A stretch of DNA of 64,000 nt from positions 13,615 to 77,614 of the forward strand of contig JANXMY010000042.1 of the NCBI GenBank assembly GCA_025354405.1, given 5' to 3'. The stretch comes from Armatimonadota bacterium (GTDB lineage Bacteria > Armatimonadota > Armatimonadia > Armatimonadales > Capsulimonadaceae). Below the pieces are notes generated by a model that worked only from the letters and a program-made list of their open reading frames with translations, was not told where the DNA came from and did not search any database. Shown here piece after piece: positions 44,226 to 53,874 of this stretch. Each line of letters opens with the position of its first letter. Position 1 is the stretch's first letter. A program made the translations under genes and the position numbers.

Positions 44226-46837
44226 GGCTTCTTTTTGCCCTTCTTGTTTTTGTCTTCCGGTGGCGGAGGCAAAAACTCGATGGCAGGAAGGTTTGCCCCA
44301 TCTGGGTGGAATGGCACGCGGCTGAGGCAGAAGGCATCCACAGAGAGCTGATAACGATTGTCACGGCGGCGCGGGCCGGTGACGGTTATCGTGAGCGTAT
44401 GTGGCCCGCGAGTCAATGCCGCATCCCCGAGGTGACTCCAGACAAACTTTCCGGCATAGACATTGCCCTCGGTCTCGACATCCTGGCTTTCGTTTTCCCC
44501 GCCATTGTCAATTCGCCAGGTAAACGGCGACGAGCGGAGAATGGGCGACGAAGAAATCCAGACGGCGAACGAATTCGCTGTGTTCACAGAAAACTTGTAC
44601 TCGGCATGATAGCCACTTTCTGTGTCCGTCCCAGAGGAAGGCGGCTGGCGTATTGTATCCAATGAAAGATACGATCCTCCGGATGACTCAGAGTCGGAAA
44701 CAATTGAGTCGAAGGTGTACGCAGAGGCATTCTCTCCCTCGATCCAGACATAAGGCTGCAGGGCATAAGAGATTTCCGCGATTGCGCGTGCTAAAGTGTT
44801 ATAACGCAGATCAGAGTTTTCGGGCGTATCTTCCAGGGTTTTCTGGGCATAAAACAGCCGCTCCTGCATTAGGTCAATGGATAGCCCCTGCTCTTTGGCC
44901 AGCTTCAGCAGCCGCAGAGCTTCCTTCTCGGCGGCTTCGGCGGCATCGAGCGGCAGAGGAATGCTTGTGACGTTGCTGATAACGATCGGATCGGCTCCGA
45001 CAGGAATGTTATAGGTTCCTTTTTTGTGCTCGATTATTAGCGGCACCCCGCGGGCATCGGTGACTAGCGGCTTTGCACTTTTGGCAAACGGCAGCCGGGC
45101 CTGGGTCATCGCTCCGCGCGGGGACCAGACGACGAAGCGCGTCGGCCCACCATCCGGATCGGCTAACCGGTATCCCCGCAGCAATGGACCGAGCGTGAAA
45201 GCCCCTCCCGATCCGAAGATCGCGCCGACGCGGTAGGAAGGCAGCCACCAGACACCGCTGCTGAGCCGCCGAACTTCCGCCTGCAAATCATTGGCGCCCG
45301 CCGGATACGCAAGGGTGAGCGGACGGGTATTAAGGTCCGCGGCCTCAAAGGAAAGCGTAGAGCCATATTCGCCCAGGCGGCGGGCGGCTTCCGGGGTTTC
45401 TGCCGGGGCGAAAAACCCGCGTGCGCCAAGAGTTTTCAGTGCGTCCCAGTCTCCGGACGCGGCATCCACCGCCCCGCTGTCTGTCCCGATCAGCCAGGTG
45501 GTCCGGGGGTTTTCTTCAGCCTGTGCAAAGGCATAGGCACCAGAGGCCGACGCCGGCATGCTGATGCCGTCAAAGCCGCTGCGCACGTCACTGCTTGTCA
45601 GCAAGGCACTGCGCCCGCTCCATTGATAGACCACGGGGACATTGGCAACACCTTTTTTCAGGACATCGGCCATAGCATTCATGTAGCCGCGTACAGATTC
45701 CATTCGAAATGCTCGGATATCTTCCCAGAGGTGTCCCCCGATACGCGGCTTGTTGAGAACCATATAAGTCGCTTTTTTGACTGGGTCGTAGACAGCGGGA
45801 ACACCTTTCGCCCCAGCCCAGAGTGGGACGCAGCGGGCGGCAACCGTGAAATCGGGGAGGTTTTTATCCATGATCCCCCACCCCCGATTTAAATCATCGA
45901 CATTGTGATTATATTTTTGGTTGAGCCACGCCTCGAAGTCCAACCGGTAGCCATCCGTCGTCGGGATGACATTATCTACTTCCCCACCGAAGCCAACCTC
46001 TTCCGTCAGTGGGTCCAGAAAGAAACGAAATCCGGGGCCTAATTTGACCCGGCTGAAGAATGCCAGGACACGGTCCCGGTACTCGTCGTAACCCTGCCAC
46101 AAGTCCGGCAGGTGGCTCTCCGGAGTACCTGCCAAGTAGAGCCGCTCCGGGTACAGCAGCAGCACATCGCCGGAAGTCCTCACCTTAGGCGCAGCCAAGG
46201 CCGTCTCCGAGTCCATCAGCTGTGCCCGTCCGGTTTCTTCAATTTCACCATCATGAGGAGACACAAGTACGTAGAAGCCACCCGCCAGATTGGGGATATG
46301 CCGGAACTCAACTGGTCCCGAACCGGGTGCGGCAGCATTCCGATAAACCGAAGGCTTGACGATGTACCCGACGAGCGGATCTTTTGGAAAATCAGCGATT
46401 TCCAAACCGTATCGGAAGTTGTTCGCATCCAGATAGTCCAGCACTCGCTGCACGGCGGCAACAGGAATGTGAGTGAGACCTTTTGTCCCCGCAGAAAGCG
46501 TTACTTCCCGGACACCACGCTTACTCAAAACACCGAGGGCGAGCGCGTCCTTCGCCCAATCTTCCTCAGAGCCACTTCCAGCCCACGACTGCGGAGTAAA
46601 GGTCGCGCCAACCGGCAGGTAAGGGACTTTGTCCCAGGTCAAAATATGCGCCTGCCCGATACTCCAGGGATGCATCCCGCCCTTTGAATCCTGATAAGTG
46701 CCGCCCGCTTCCGGCTTCTGCTGCACCGGTGGCGGCAGGGCGGGCGGGACAGCATCTTTTGCAGCGCACGGAATCGCAGGCAATAGGGTAAGAGCAAAAA
46801 GTACGGAGAGAGGCGAGATAAGAAGAGGGTATTTCAT
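44222..46837 (-). CDS. Large secreted hypothetical protein (871 aa) with C-terminal CBM-like jelly-roll and Lys-rich tail
   Basis: Has a signal peptide (LLISPLSVLFALTLLPAIPCAA). The C-terminal WIEGENASAYTFD ... YHAEYKFSV resembles carbohydrate-binding modules. The central domain is not recognised. Confidence 0.5.
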   Translation of the reverse strand: MKYPLLISPLSVLFALTLLPAIPCAAKDAVPPALPPPVQQKPEAGGTYQDSKGGMHPWSIGQAHILTWDKVPYLPVGATFTPQSWAGSGSEEDWAKDALALGVLSKRGVREVTLSAGTKGLTHIPVAAVQRVLDYLDANNFRYGLEIADFPKDPLVGYIVKPSVYRNAAAPGSGPVEFRHIPNLAGGFYVLVSPHDGEIEETGRAQLMDSETALAAPKVRTSGDVLLLYPERLYLAGTPESHLPDLWQGYDEYRDRVLAFFSRVKLGPGFRFFLDPLTEEVGFGGEVDNVIPTTDGYRLDFEAWLNQKYNHNVDDLNRGWGIMDKNLPDFTVAARCVPLWAGAKGVPAVYDPVKKATYMVLNKPRIGGHLWEDIRAFRMESVRGYMNAMADVLKKGVANVPVVYQWSGRSALLTSSDVRSGFDGISMPASASGAYAFAQAEENPRTTWLIGTDSGAVDAASGDWDALKTLGARGFFAPAETPEAARRLGEYGSTLSFEAADLNTRPLTLAYPAGANDLQAEVRRLSSGVWWLPSYRVGAIFGSGGAFTLGPLLRGYRLADPDGGPTRFVVWSPRGAMTQARLPFAKSAKPLVTDARGVPLIIEHKKGTYNIPVGADPIVISNVTSIPLPLDAAEAAEKEALRLLKLAKEQGLSIDLMQERLFYAQKTLEDTPENSDLRYNTLARAIAEISYALQPYVWIEGENASAYTFDSIVSDSESSGGSYLSLDTIRQPPSSGTDTESGYHAEYKFSVNTANSFAVWISSSPILRSSPFTWRIDNGGENESQDVETEGNVYAGKFVWSHLGDAALTRGPHTLTITVTGPRRRDNRYQLSVDAFCLSRVPFHPDGANLPAIEFLPPPPEDKNKKGKKKP

Positions 46838-47571
46838 GGTAATGCGGGAGTCAGCGAAACACGCACATCGTTTCCTTTTTGGGAGAAATCGTTGTTGCGC
46901 AGTGTGAAGACTAAATCTTTCAGCTCAATGCTTTGCGGAACACTAAAAAGAATGGGGAAATCCGTTTTCGCCCCAGGCAGAAGCGGTTTACTCTGGATAG
47001 GCGCACCTTCCAAATCGTATCCAATCGGTGCATAGGATTCACCCTGCTGATCCGCCAGGGCATTGTTTCCGTCTTTCGCGGCAAGCCAGAAAGTCTGCTT
47101 GCTTTTCTGCCCATTGATCATACGGCACTGAATCACAACCAGCTTGTAGCCGGACTTTGGGCTTACCAGCTGTGTCTTCCGATCGAAATTGACGGTGTCA
47201 GCAGGGTAGGAGCTTGGCTCATCACCGGGAGTCTTCATGGTGTAAGTGTCGGGCTGTGCCACACTCAGAACCTGAAAACGCCATCGCCCGTCAAAGAGCA
47301 AATCACCGATCTTGCCCTGCAGACCCTGAACCTGATTGGTGCCGCCCGACTTGGTAATTTCATAGCCGCCAGGGCGTTTGCTCACCACCATGCTGAGTGC
47401 CTTGGCAACGTCGGAAAGCTTTACATAGGGGCTGCCACCAACCGTGCGAACGCTGGTTGAGACAACTTTGCCGTTCATCACGAGGTTCTGGTCTGCCCAT
47501 GCACTGCCCATTGGAAGTGCAAAGACCAGCAGCAATGCCGCTGTCTTCCCCTGTCTACTCACTGAGATCAT
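46834..47571 (-). CDS. Secreted protein, copper-amine-oxidase-N-like stalk domain plus DUF4352-like beta domain
   Basis: Signal peptide, then NGKVVSTSVRTVGGSPYVKLSDVAKAL. An ATGA overlap couples it to the 871-aa gene. Confidence 0.45.
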   Translation of the reverse strand: MISVSRQGKTAALLLVFALPMGSAWADQNLVMNGKVVSTSVRTVGGSPYVKLSDVAKALSMVVSKRPGGYEITKSGGTNQVQGLQGKIGDLLFDGRWRFQVLSVAQPDTYTMKTPGDEPSSYPADTVNFDRKTQLVSPKSGYKLVVIQCRMINGQKSKQTFWLAAKDGNNALADQQGESYAPIGYDLEGAPIQSKPLLPGAKTDFPILFSVPQSIELKDLVFTLRNNDFSQKGNDVRVSLTPALP

Positions 47572-47624
47572 AGCAATTCTCCTTGATGTGATTAAGGCGA
47601 GCGCACCCTACTTCGGCTTCTCCA

Positions 47625-49331
47625 TTACATCCGCTCCGGAGCAGAAAGGCCAAGCAGTGTCAGTGTATTACGCAGAACGGTCTGAGTTGCGGAGACCAGC
47701 ACGAGGCGCGCTTTGAGAGTTTCCGGATCATCGCAGACCACGCGCAGGGCGGGGCTGCGGTTTCCGGCATCATAGAAACTATGGAAGACGGCGGCCAGGT
47801 CACGCGCGTACTGGACTAGTCTCTGCGGTGCGTATTCGGCCGCCGACAGAGCGATTTCGTCCGGCAGCTCGCTGAGTTTTTTGATCAGCGTCGCTTCTGT
47901 CTCTTCGGTCAGCAGGCTGAGGTTGGCATCAGCGGCGAGTGGCACGGCAGCATTCTTCTCGTCACGGGCTTTTTGGATCGCCTGGGCAATTCGGGCATAA
48001 GCGTACTGGACGTAGTAGACAGGATTATCTTTTTCGGTCTTTTTCGCCAAATTAATGTCGATATCCAGCGTGCTGTGCGGTGAGCGCATCAGGAAGAAGA
48101 ATCGTGCGGCATCTTTCCCAATCTCTTCGATGAGGTCGGCTTTCAGCTCCAGAATATTGCCCTTACGCTTGGACGACATCACGACTTCGCCGTCTTTAAC
48201 AATATTGACGAGCTGATAGAGGAGAACGTACAGTCGGTTAGGGTCGTAGCCGAGTGCGGCGATCCCGGCTTTGGTCCGAGAGATATACCCGGCGTGGTCC
48301 GCTCCCCAGACATTGATGGCACGGTCAAAACCCCGATCGAACTTGTCTTTATGGTAGGCTAAGTCCCCGGCGATATAGGTCGGCGTGCCGTCGGCCCGCA
48401 TCAGAACCCGGTCTTTATCATCGCCAAACTCAGTGGCTTTGAGCCAGAGTGCTCCGTCTTTTTCGTAGGTAAATCCGCGCCTGGTCACTTCGTCGATAGC
48501 GGCCTTGACGCGCCCATCAGAATGCAGGGAAGACTCGCTAAACCAGGTGTCGAAGACAACGCCAAAGGCTTCCAGATCAGTTTTCTGCTGAGCGATCATG
48601 CCGGCTTCGGACAGCTCTCGAAAAATATGGGTGGTTTGCGGATCGTCGATATCAGCGTTCTCGTAAGCAGTTCCGTCTTTCTCTAAGACTTCCCGCGCGA
48701 CATCGGCGACATATTCGCCCCGGTACATCTCATCCCACTCTTGCCCGCTATGACCAAGCAGCTCCCGGTAGCGGAAGAAAACAGACTTGCCGAAGTTATT
48801 CATCTGCACCGAGTTCAGAGCATCGTTGATGTAGTACTCGCGAGAGACTCGGTAGCCGGTCGCCGTGAGCAGGGAGGCCATCGTGTCTCCGATTGCGGCA
48901 TTGCGGCCCCCGGCGACAGTAATCGGACCGTTAGGATTGGTCGAAACAAACTCGATGACGATGCTCTGTCCTGCGCCCGTATGGGACTGACCAAACGCAG
49001 CCCCCTGCGCTTCGATACGCCGGAGAATATCGGCGAGCCAGTCTGACCGCAATGTGAGATTGATGAACCCCGGCCCAGCAATGTCAGCTTTCGCAATCAG
49101 AGAATCGCCGCCGATTGGCAGGAGGCCTACGATCGTAGCGGCGACGTCACGGGGTGGCATACCCAGGGTACGGGCGAGGCCCAGGGCGACACCGGTAGCC
49201 CAGTCGCCATGGGCACGGCTCTTCGGCATCTCCAGAACAACCTCGGGCAATGTCTCTAGGGCTAGGGTCCCATTCGTTTTGGCAATTTTCAGTGCGTCTG
49301 AAATCACTTCGGCCAGCTGCTCTTTGATCAC
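47625..49331 (-). CDS. argS: Arginine--tRNA ligase
   Basis: FVSTNPNGPITVAGGRN (HIGH region), MSSKRKGN (KMSK-like), and a C-terminal anticodon-binding domain ending in ERM. Confidence 0.93.
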   Translation of the reverse strand: MIKEQLAEVISDALKIAKTNGTLALETLPEVVLEMPKSRAHGDWATGVALGLARTLGMPPRDVAATIVGLLPIGGDSLIAKADIAGPGFINLTLRSDWLADILRRIEAQGAAFGQSHTGAGQSIVIEFVSTNPNGPITVAGGRNAAIGDTMASLLTATGYRVSREYYINDALNSVQMNNFGKSVFFRYRELLGHSGQEWDEMYRGEYVADVAREVLEKDGTAYENADIDDPQTTHIFRELSEAGMIAQQKTDLEAFGVVFDTWFSESSLHSDGRVKAAIDEVTRRGFTYEKDGALWLKATEFGDDKDRVLMRADGTPTYIAGDLAYHKDKFDRGFDRAINVWGADHAGYISRTKAGIAALGYDPNRLYVLLYQLVNIVKDGEVVMSSKRKGNILELKADLIEEIGKDAARFFFLMRSPHSTLDIDINLAKKTEKDNPVYYVQYAYARIAQAIQKARDEKNAAVPLAADANLSLLTEETEATLIKKLSELPDEIALSAAEYAPQRLVQYARDLAAVFHSFYDAGNRSPALRVVCDDPETLKARLVLVSATQTVLRNTLTLLGLSAPERM

Positions 49332-49358
49332 ACAATACTCCTCAGAAAAAATTAGATC

Positions 49359-50345
49359 CTAATTCCCCACCCAGCCGGCAAGGCTCGGCCAAATCGACAG
49401 CCCAACCGACAGCAGGCTCAGAACTGCGCAGTAGCCCAAGAGTATCTGTCCCAGGCCCATGCTCCATAACCGTCTCCCCAGGGCAAAACGGGGACGGTCA
49501 TTACGCTCCAAACGCACTCGTCGGCACGAGAGCACCTGCTCGGCGGCAAATATCGCACTTGCAATCTGCTTGTCGGTCGCCGGGCGGGTCGCAAACCATT
49601 GCTGTACCCAGCCTCCCACCCGCCGCCAGCCAAACAGGGTCAGCGGCGCGGCCAGGATTGCCCCGAGCGACGCACTATCGAGCGGCAGCCACCCCAGGGC
49701 GGAGGTTGCGCTGAAGACGCTTACGAATGTCAGCATAAACAGGGTGAACCCGGCGAAGAGGTTCGTTCCGCAGCGTGGATGAACCCGCGGCATCGACCGG
49801 ACATTCTCCGGAACAAGTGGGGCGAAGCGCTCGACGCAGTGGACAACTTGATGCTCGGCGGCATGGGTTCCCGAAAGCGGCGCAAGGCGCAGCAGCACAA
49901 AGACAATCGGCAGAGGAAGCCAGGGGATCAGTGCCGACAGCCACAGGCTGACACCAGGTGGAACTGTTTTTTGCCATTCAAATAAAAACGCGGGATCGGC
50001 TGCGATCAGCAGCAATACCCCGTGCACAGTCGCCTGTGCCATCAGCGCAAATAGGCTCATGATGACACCGGTGAGAAACAGGCCCCAGAACCCCGCCCCG
50101 CCCGACGAGACCCCATCGGTCAGGTAAACCCCGAGCGGCGTCGCCATTCCCCCAAGACGCGGGGGAGTGGGCTTAACAAGGGCTTCCGGACGCGCTAAAA
50201 CCGCAATAATTTGGCCCGTCTCTGGATCGATTATCGGCAGAGATAAGCTCGGCGAGCGGCGCAGGGCTTGCAGTGCTTCGCCCAGGGTGTCCTTGAGCGT
50301 TTCTCCGGGGCTATCCAGTAACGCTGCCGGGGTATCTTTCTCCAT
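49359..50345 (-). CDS. DUF1385-like membrane protein
   Basis: GTHAAEHQVVHCVE ... VHPRCGTNLF matches the DUF1385 (YqhQ) HGAEHK ... HPRCGT core. Several TM segments are present. Confidence 0.55.
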   Translation of the reverse strand: MEKDTPAALLDSPGETLKDTLGEALQALRRSPSLSLPIIDPETGQIIAVLARPEALVKPTPPRLGGMATPLGVYLTDGVSSGGAGFWGLFLTGVIMSLFALMAQATVHGVLLLIAADPAFLFEWQKTVPPGVSLWLSALIPWLPLPIVFVLLRLAPLSGTHAAEHQVVHCVERFAPLVPENVRSMPRVHPRCGTNLFAGFTLFMLTFVSVFSATSALGWLPLDSASLGAILAAPLTLFGWRRVGGWVQQWFATRPATDKQIASAIFAAEQVLSCRRVRLERNDRPRFALGRRLWSMGLGQILLGYCAVLSLLSVGLSIWPSLAGWVGN

Positions 50346-50399
50346 CTTCTAACTATACCAGTGACGCTCAAAAATGTCAACCGAAGAGCGTAAACACGC

Positions 50400-50689
50400 A
50401 GGGCAGTTGCGTCTTAAAATGGATTGGTTTGCCTGCAATGGAGTGCAATTCGAGACATTGGAATTCGACGAATTATATACGTTCGTCTCCCAAAAAAAAG
50501 CCAGCATACCTTGTGACGTGCGTAGATAGGGCAAACCGCTGTATTTCAGGATTCGGCGTCGTTTGGGAATGGGACTGGGACACATTGCAACAAGTCGTTG
50601 ATTATGCCCCGCCCGCTCATCGATATTTCAGCGACGGCTTTCCAAAAATGCCATTCCATGTCTGCGATTTTATTTCCAACTTAATTTAG
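50400..50689 (+). mobile_element. 5'-truncated, frameshifted IS1-family transposase remnant with terminal repeat
   Basis: LEFDELYTFVSQKK, a frame change at an A8 run, then AYLVTCVDRANRCISGFGVVWEWDWDTLQQVVDYAPPAHRYFSDGFP. This follows the IS1 InsB-like pattern. It ends in the 30-bp block TCTGCGATTTTATTTCCAACTTAATTTAGA. Confidence 0.6.
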
Positions 50690-50712
50690 ACACTTCCTGA
50701 AATAATTAAGAC

Positions 50713-50741
50713 TTGACATGTATGGTTTTCGGCCCTATAAT
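50713..50741 (+). promoter_or_regulatory. Perfect consensus sigma-70 promoter upstream of the lectin gene
   Basis: TTGACA (50713-50718), a 17-nt spacer, then TATAAT (50736-50741). Confidence 0.6.
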
Positions 50742-50868
50742 GCTAACGTTACCATTTCTACGAGCAGACAGATCTATACAGTCGTTTGGAGGTGGAGTAT
50801 CAAATAGATAGCGCTGCTCTCGTCTATGAACCGCTCAATTACAACACGAATGAGACAGGATTAAAACT

Positions 50869-53088
50869 ATGAAGTGCATTATCGCGACAATTGCAATACT
50901 GACGCTGACAAATCAGCCCCAAATGGTATTTGCCGGCAATTTGGTCAACGGTGGATCAAGTCAAATCGGTCCTGTGACCGGAGGCTCCTCTGGAAACGAC
51001 ACCGTTACGGCCTCCGGCACTTTCGCCGGTTCCTACAGTCAGAACCCGGCTAATGCCGGTGGCACTGAAACTGTTTCGATTGACTCGAGTGCGAATATCA
51101 CGGTTCCCCTCGGTATCTACAATCGTACTGCTACCCAGCAGCGTAAAATCACCGTCAACAATGTCACGACGACTTACACCGACACGTTCAACTACAACGC
51201 CTTGTACCAGATCAACCAGGGGAGCATGAATAACCAGGGCATACTCAACGCCACTTTTGTGAACCGACCGGGGTCGTCCCTGCTGTTTGGATTGGATCCA
51301 TATGTAGATGGTGTAAACGGCGTCACCCCTAATCCGCCCCAAAACCAAAACTACACTACCATAGATGGCATTCTCGCCTGGTGCAGCCTGGAGAACCAAT
51401 ACGGGCCGACGACGATTACCAATGGCTCCTTGACTAACTCAAGCGCCACGATCAAAGCGATACTGACCGGTCAGGGTGAGGGTTTTGCCAATGGTATTCA
51501 ATCACGCGAATATTACGCTTCCTCGTCCAGCCCAGTTTTTACTCTCCAGAACTATGGCACGATAGATGGCGAGGTCATCAACCACGACGGCACAGCTTCT
51601 GGGGTCAACGCTTATGCAGTCTATGGCGGCCTGAACGTCACAAACTATGCAGGCGCTACCTGTAGCGCGACAGCGCAGTATTATGCAACGGGCATCTACG
51701 GCAACATAACTTACGGCGACATCAAGGTGGTCAATCGCGGCACGGCGACAGCGACAGCGACAGGTGGCAGGCAAGGCGCAACGATCAACACAGCATTCGC
51801 TACGGGGGTTGACCTGTTTAATTACGGTGCGAATCTTTCTTTTACCAACACTGGCACGGTGACCAGCAAGACAAGCGGCACACCGAACGGCAGCCCCAAC
51901 GGCGATGCTACGAATGTCGCTTATGGCGTGTTCCTTTGGTCCGAGGACGATGACAATCCTACCCATGGCGGTGCGATGACGTTCACCAACTCTGGCTCCA
52001 TTACAGCGACATCCTCAAGCGATCCTAATGCCGGCGCTAAGGCCGTCTATTGCGGCGGTAACGGCGGCCCGCAGACCGTCAACAATTACGGCAGCATTAC
52101 CAGCAATGCCGGTCCCAAAGGCGGGTGGGCACTAGGGGTAGAAAGTGACCAATATTATCCCATCAATGTCTATAATACCGGCACGATGTCATGTCTCAAC
52201 AATAATGGGCTGGGATTAGGCGTGTTCATAAACAAAGGCACGACAGTGATCCGAAACCTGGGTTCGATGTCCGGCGCACTGCGTGGAATTTCCGCGGACA
52301 CCTGCTCTGGCCCAATGACAGTCTATAATCATGGCACGCTTTATGGCAACGGCGATGGGTCCATGGTGCTTGGGACGGGCAGCAACACCGCCTACTTCTA
52401 CGGTTTGCCGGCAGTGACCGGCTCGATAAACGGCGGCGGTCAGCCCACGGGCGGTGGCAGCGTCAAAAAGCTCAACTTACACCTGACCGGAGTGCTACAA
52501 ACAGTCAACGGCGCACCCGCCAACAATGGTGCCTTACTGTCGGCGTACAGCCTGGGTAATTCAGGCAACATCGTCGTTTCCGGGCAGACCTACTCCTGGA
52601 ATAATTTCACGGTGGCGGGGTCGACAGCGGCTTCCATTGCAAACGGAACCTATAAAATCATCAATCGCCTGAGCGGTAGTGCCCTGGGAGCACGCGGCAG
52701 CGGTACAGGAAATGGCACCATTATCGAGCAGTATCCCTATACTGGTGGCACCCCGCAGCAGTGGACGCTCACCAGTCTTGGCAATGGCCGCTTCAAGGTA
52801 ATCAACGTCAACAGTGGTCGGGCGCTGGAGGTGTCCAGCGGCGCTACTGCCGACAACTCGACAATTGACCTTTATGATTACGTCGTCGGCGCCACCAACG
52901 AGCAGTGGATATTCGTTCCAACCGACAGCGGCTACTTCACGCTTACGCCGGCAAACGCGCTGCGGTCTTGTTTGGATGTGGCTGGCGCCTCCCTGGCGAA
53001 TTTCGCACCGATGAACTTATGGACGCTTAGAGATGCGGATGCCCCCAGCGGCGGCAAAGATCAGGAGTGGATTTTGCAGGCTCCGTAA
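50869..53088 (+). CDS. Secreted Gly/Asn/Thr-rich repeat (beta-helix-like) protein with C-terminal ricin-B (QxW)3 lectin domain
   Basis: Has a signal peptide (IIATIAILTLTNQPQMVFA). A ~560-aa region has degenerate G/N/T-rich repeats. The C-terminal beta-trefoil carries QQW, EQW and QEW repeats. Confidence 0.7.
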   Translation: MKCIIATIAILTLTNQPQMVFAGNLVNGGSSQIGPVTGGSSGNDTVTASGTFAGSYSQNPANAGGTETVSIDSSANITVPLGIYNRTATQQRKITVNNVTTTYTDTFNYNALYQINQGSMNNQGILNATFVNRPGSSLLFGLDPYVDGVNGVTPNPPQNQNYTTIDGILAWCSLENQYGPTTITNGSLTNSSATIKAILTGQGEGFANGIQSREYYASSSSPVFTLQNYGTIDGEVINHDGTASGVNAYAVYGGLNVTNYAGATCSATAQYYATGIYGNITYGDIKVVNRGTATATATGGRQGATINTAFATGVDLFNYGANLSFTNTGTVTSKTSGTPNGSPNGDATNVAYGVFLWSEDDDNPTHGGAMTFTNSGSITATSSSDPNAGAKAVYCGGNGGPQTVNNYGSITSNAGPKGGWALGVESDQYYPINVYNTGTMSCLNNNGLGLGVFINKGTTVIRNLGSMSGALRGISADTCSGPMTVYNHGTLYGNGDGSMVLGTGSNTAYFYGLPAVTGSINGGGQPTGGGSVKKLNLHLTGVLQTVNGAPANNGALLSAYSLGNSGNIVVSGQTYSWNNFTVAGSTAASIANGTYKIINRLSGSALGARGSGTGNGTIIEQYPYTGGTPQQWTLTSLGNGRFKVINVNSGRALEVSSGATADNSTIDLYDYVVGATNEQWIFVPTDSGYFTLTPANALRSCLDVAGASLANFAPMNLWTLRDADAPSGGKDQEWILQAP

Positions 53089-53118
53089 TCGAGAGTTATG
53101 TGACTTTTAGTTACTCAC

Positions 53119-53155
53119 GAGGCTCGCATTTGCGCCTGGCACAGATGCGGGCCTC
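53119..53155 (+). terminator. Imperfect stem-loop after the lectin gene
   Basis: GAGGCTCGCATTTG-N9-CAGATGCGGGCCTC, a 14-bp stem with 2 mismatches and no clear U tract. Confidence 0.3.
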
Positions 53156-53366
53156 ATGAGTAAATTTGTCTTCGAGATTAAACTGTACGAACGTTTGCCA
53201 CGTCCACTAATATCCGGGTACAACGGTGTGACGAGGGCGTTTCCACACCTAAATTCCCTTTTGCCCACCCTGACCTGCGCTCGTCTCAACCCTGCCAGCT
53301 ATCGTTTCATTTACCCCGTTCTTGTCCCCGGCGACTGCCCTTGGCGACATGGTGCTGCGGAAGCGC

Positions 53367-53593
53367 CTAAATTAGGTCAGCATGAGTTATGATGGCCTAT
53401 GCTTACTTATCTGGCTTGTGGTGAGACTACCCTCCAGCACAAAGCTGGCACCAATCCGACCGGCACCGCCCGCCGTGAATGTCAGCATTGCGAACGTACC
53501 TATACGCCCGCCCCCCAAGCGGCACTGCTTTCCCCTGGAGATGCGTCGTCAGGCCCTCAAACTTTCTGCGATTTTATTTCCGACTTAATTTAG
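53367..53593 (+). mobile_element. Miniature internally deleted IS1-family derivative (zinc-finger N-terminus plus both ends)
   Basis: Ends CTAAATTAGGTCAG (53367-53380) and CCGACTTAATTTAG (53580-53593) are inverted repeats matching at 12 of 14 positions. The internal ORF fragment YLACGETTLQHKAGTNPTGTARRECQHCERTYTP looks like an InsA-type zinc finger. The 3' 30 bp match 50661-50690 with 1 mismatch. Confidence 0.6.
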
Positions 53594-53642
53594 AGGCTCC
53601 CAAGAAATCTTCTATCTTCTATATTTTCTCTGTAAACTACCC

Positions 53643-53669
53643 TAAAGAACTCGCGGAAGTCACCGACAA
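53643..53669 (+). promoter_or_regulatory. Sigma-28-type promoter candidate for fliC
   Basis: TAAAG, then N15 counted from TAAA, then ACCGACAA (6 of 8 to GCCGATAA). It implies a 5' UTR of about 200 nt. Confidence 0.35.
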
Positions 53670-53874
53670 TAGAGTTGTACGCAGACGAAGGCTTAGCTGA
53701 TTGATCGGGTCCGAAGCAGACCGCACTCCCAAAGAGCGGTTTCCTGTAAGCCCGCCTCCACAGCCTCGATCGAAACGCGGGCAGTCGAATGCAGTACACC
53801 CAATTGGCAGGAAGCCAAAGTCATACACACTCGTCACACGGTTCAACCCGGTGACCTCAAGGAAGAAAAAAACA

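Noticed and set aside
53156-53392. 78-aa ORF between the lectin gene and the IS remnant
   Set aside because: There is no SD and no family resemblance. It spans a hairpin and the IS end.
53701-53874. 58-aa N-terminal extension of flagellin
   Set aside because: Flagellins begin with the conserved export N-terminus (MSSRINTN...). The extension is Pro/Arg-rich, and AAGGAAG precedes the ATG at 53875.
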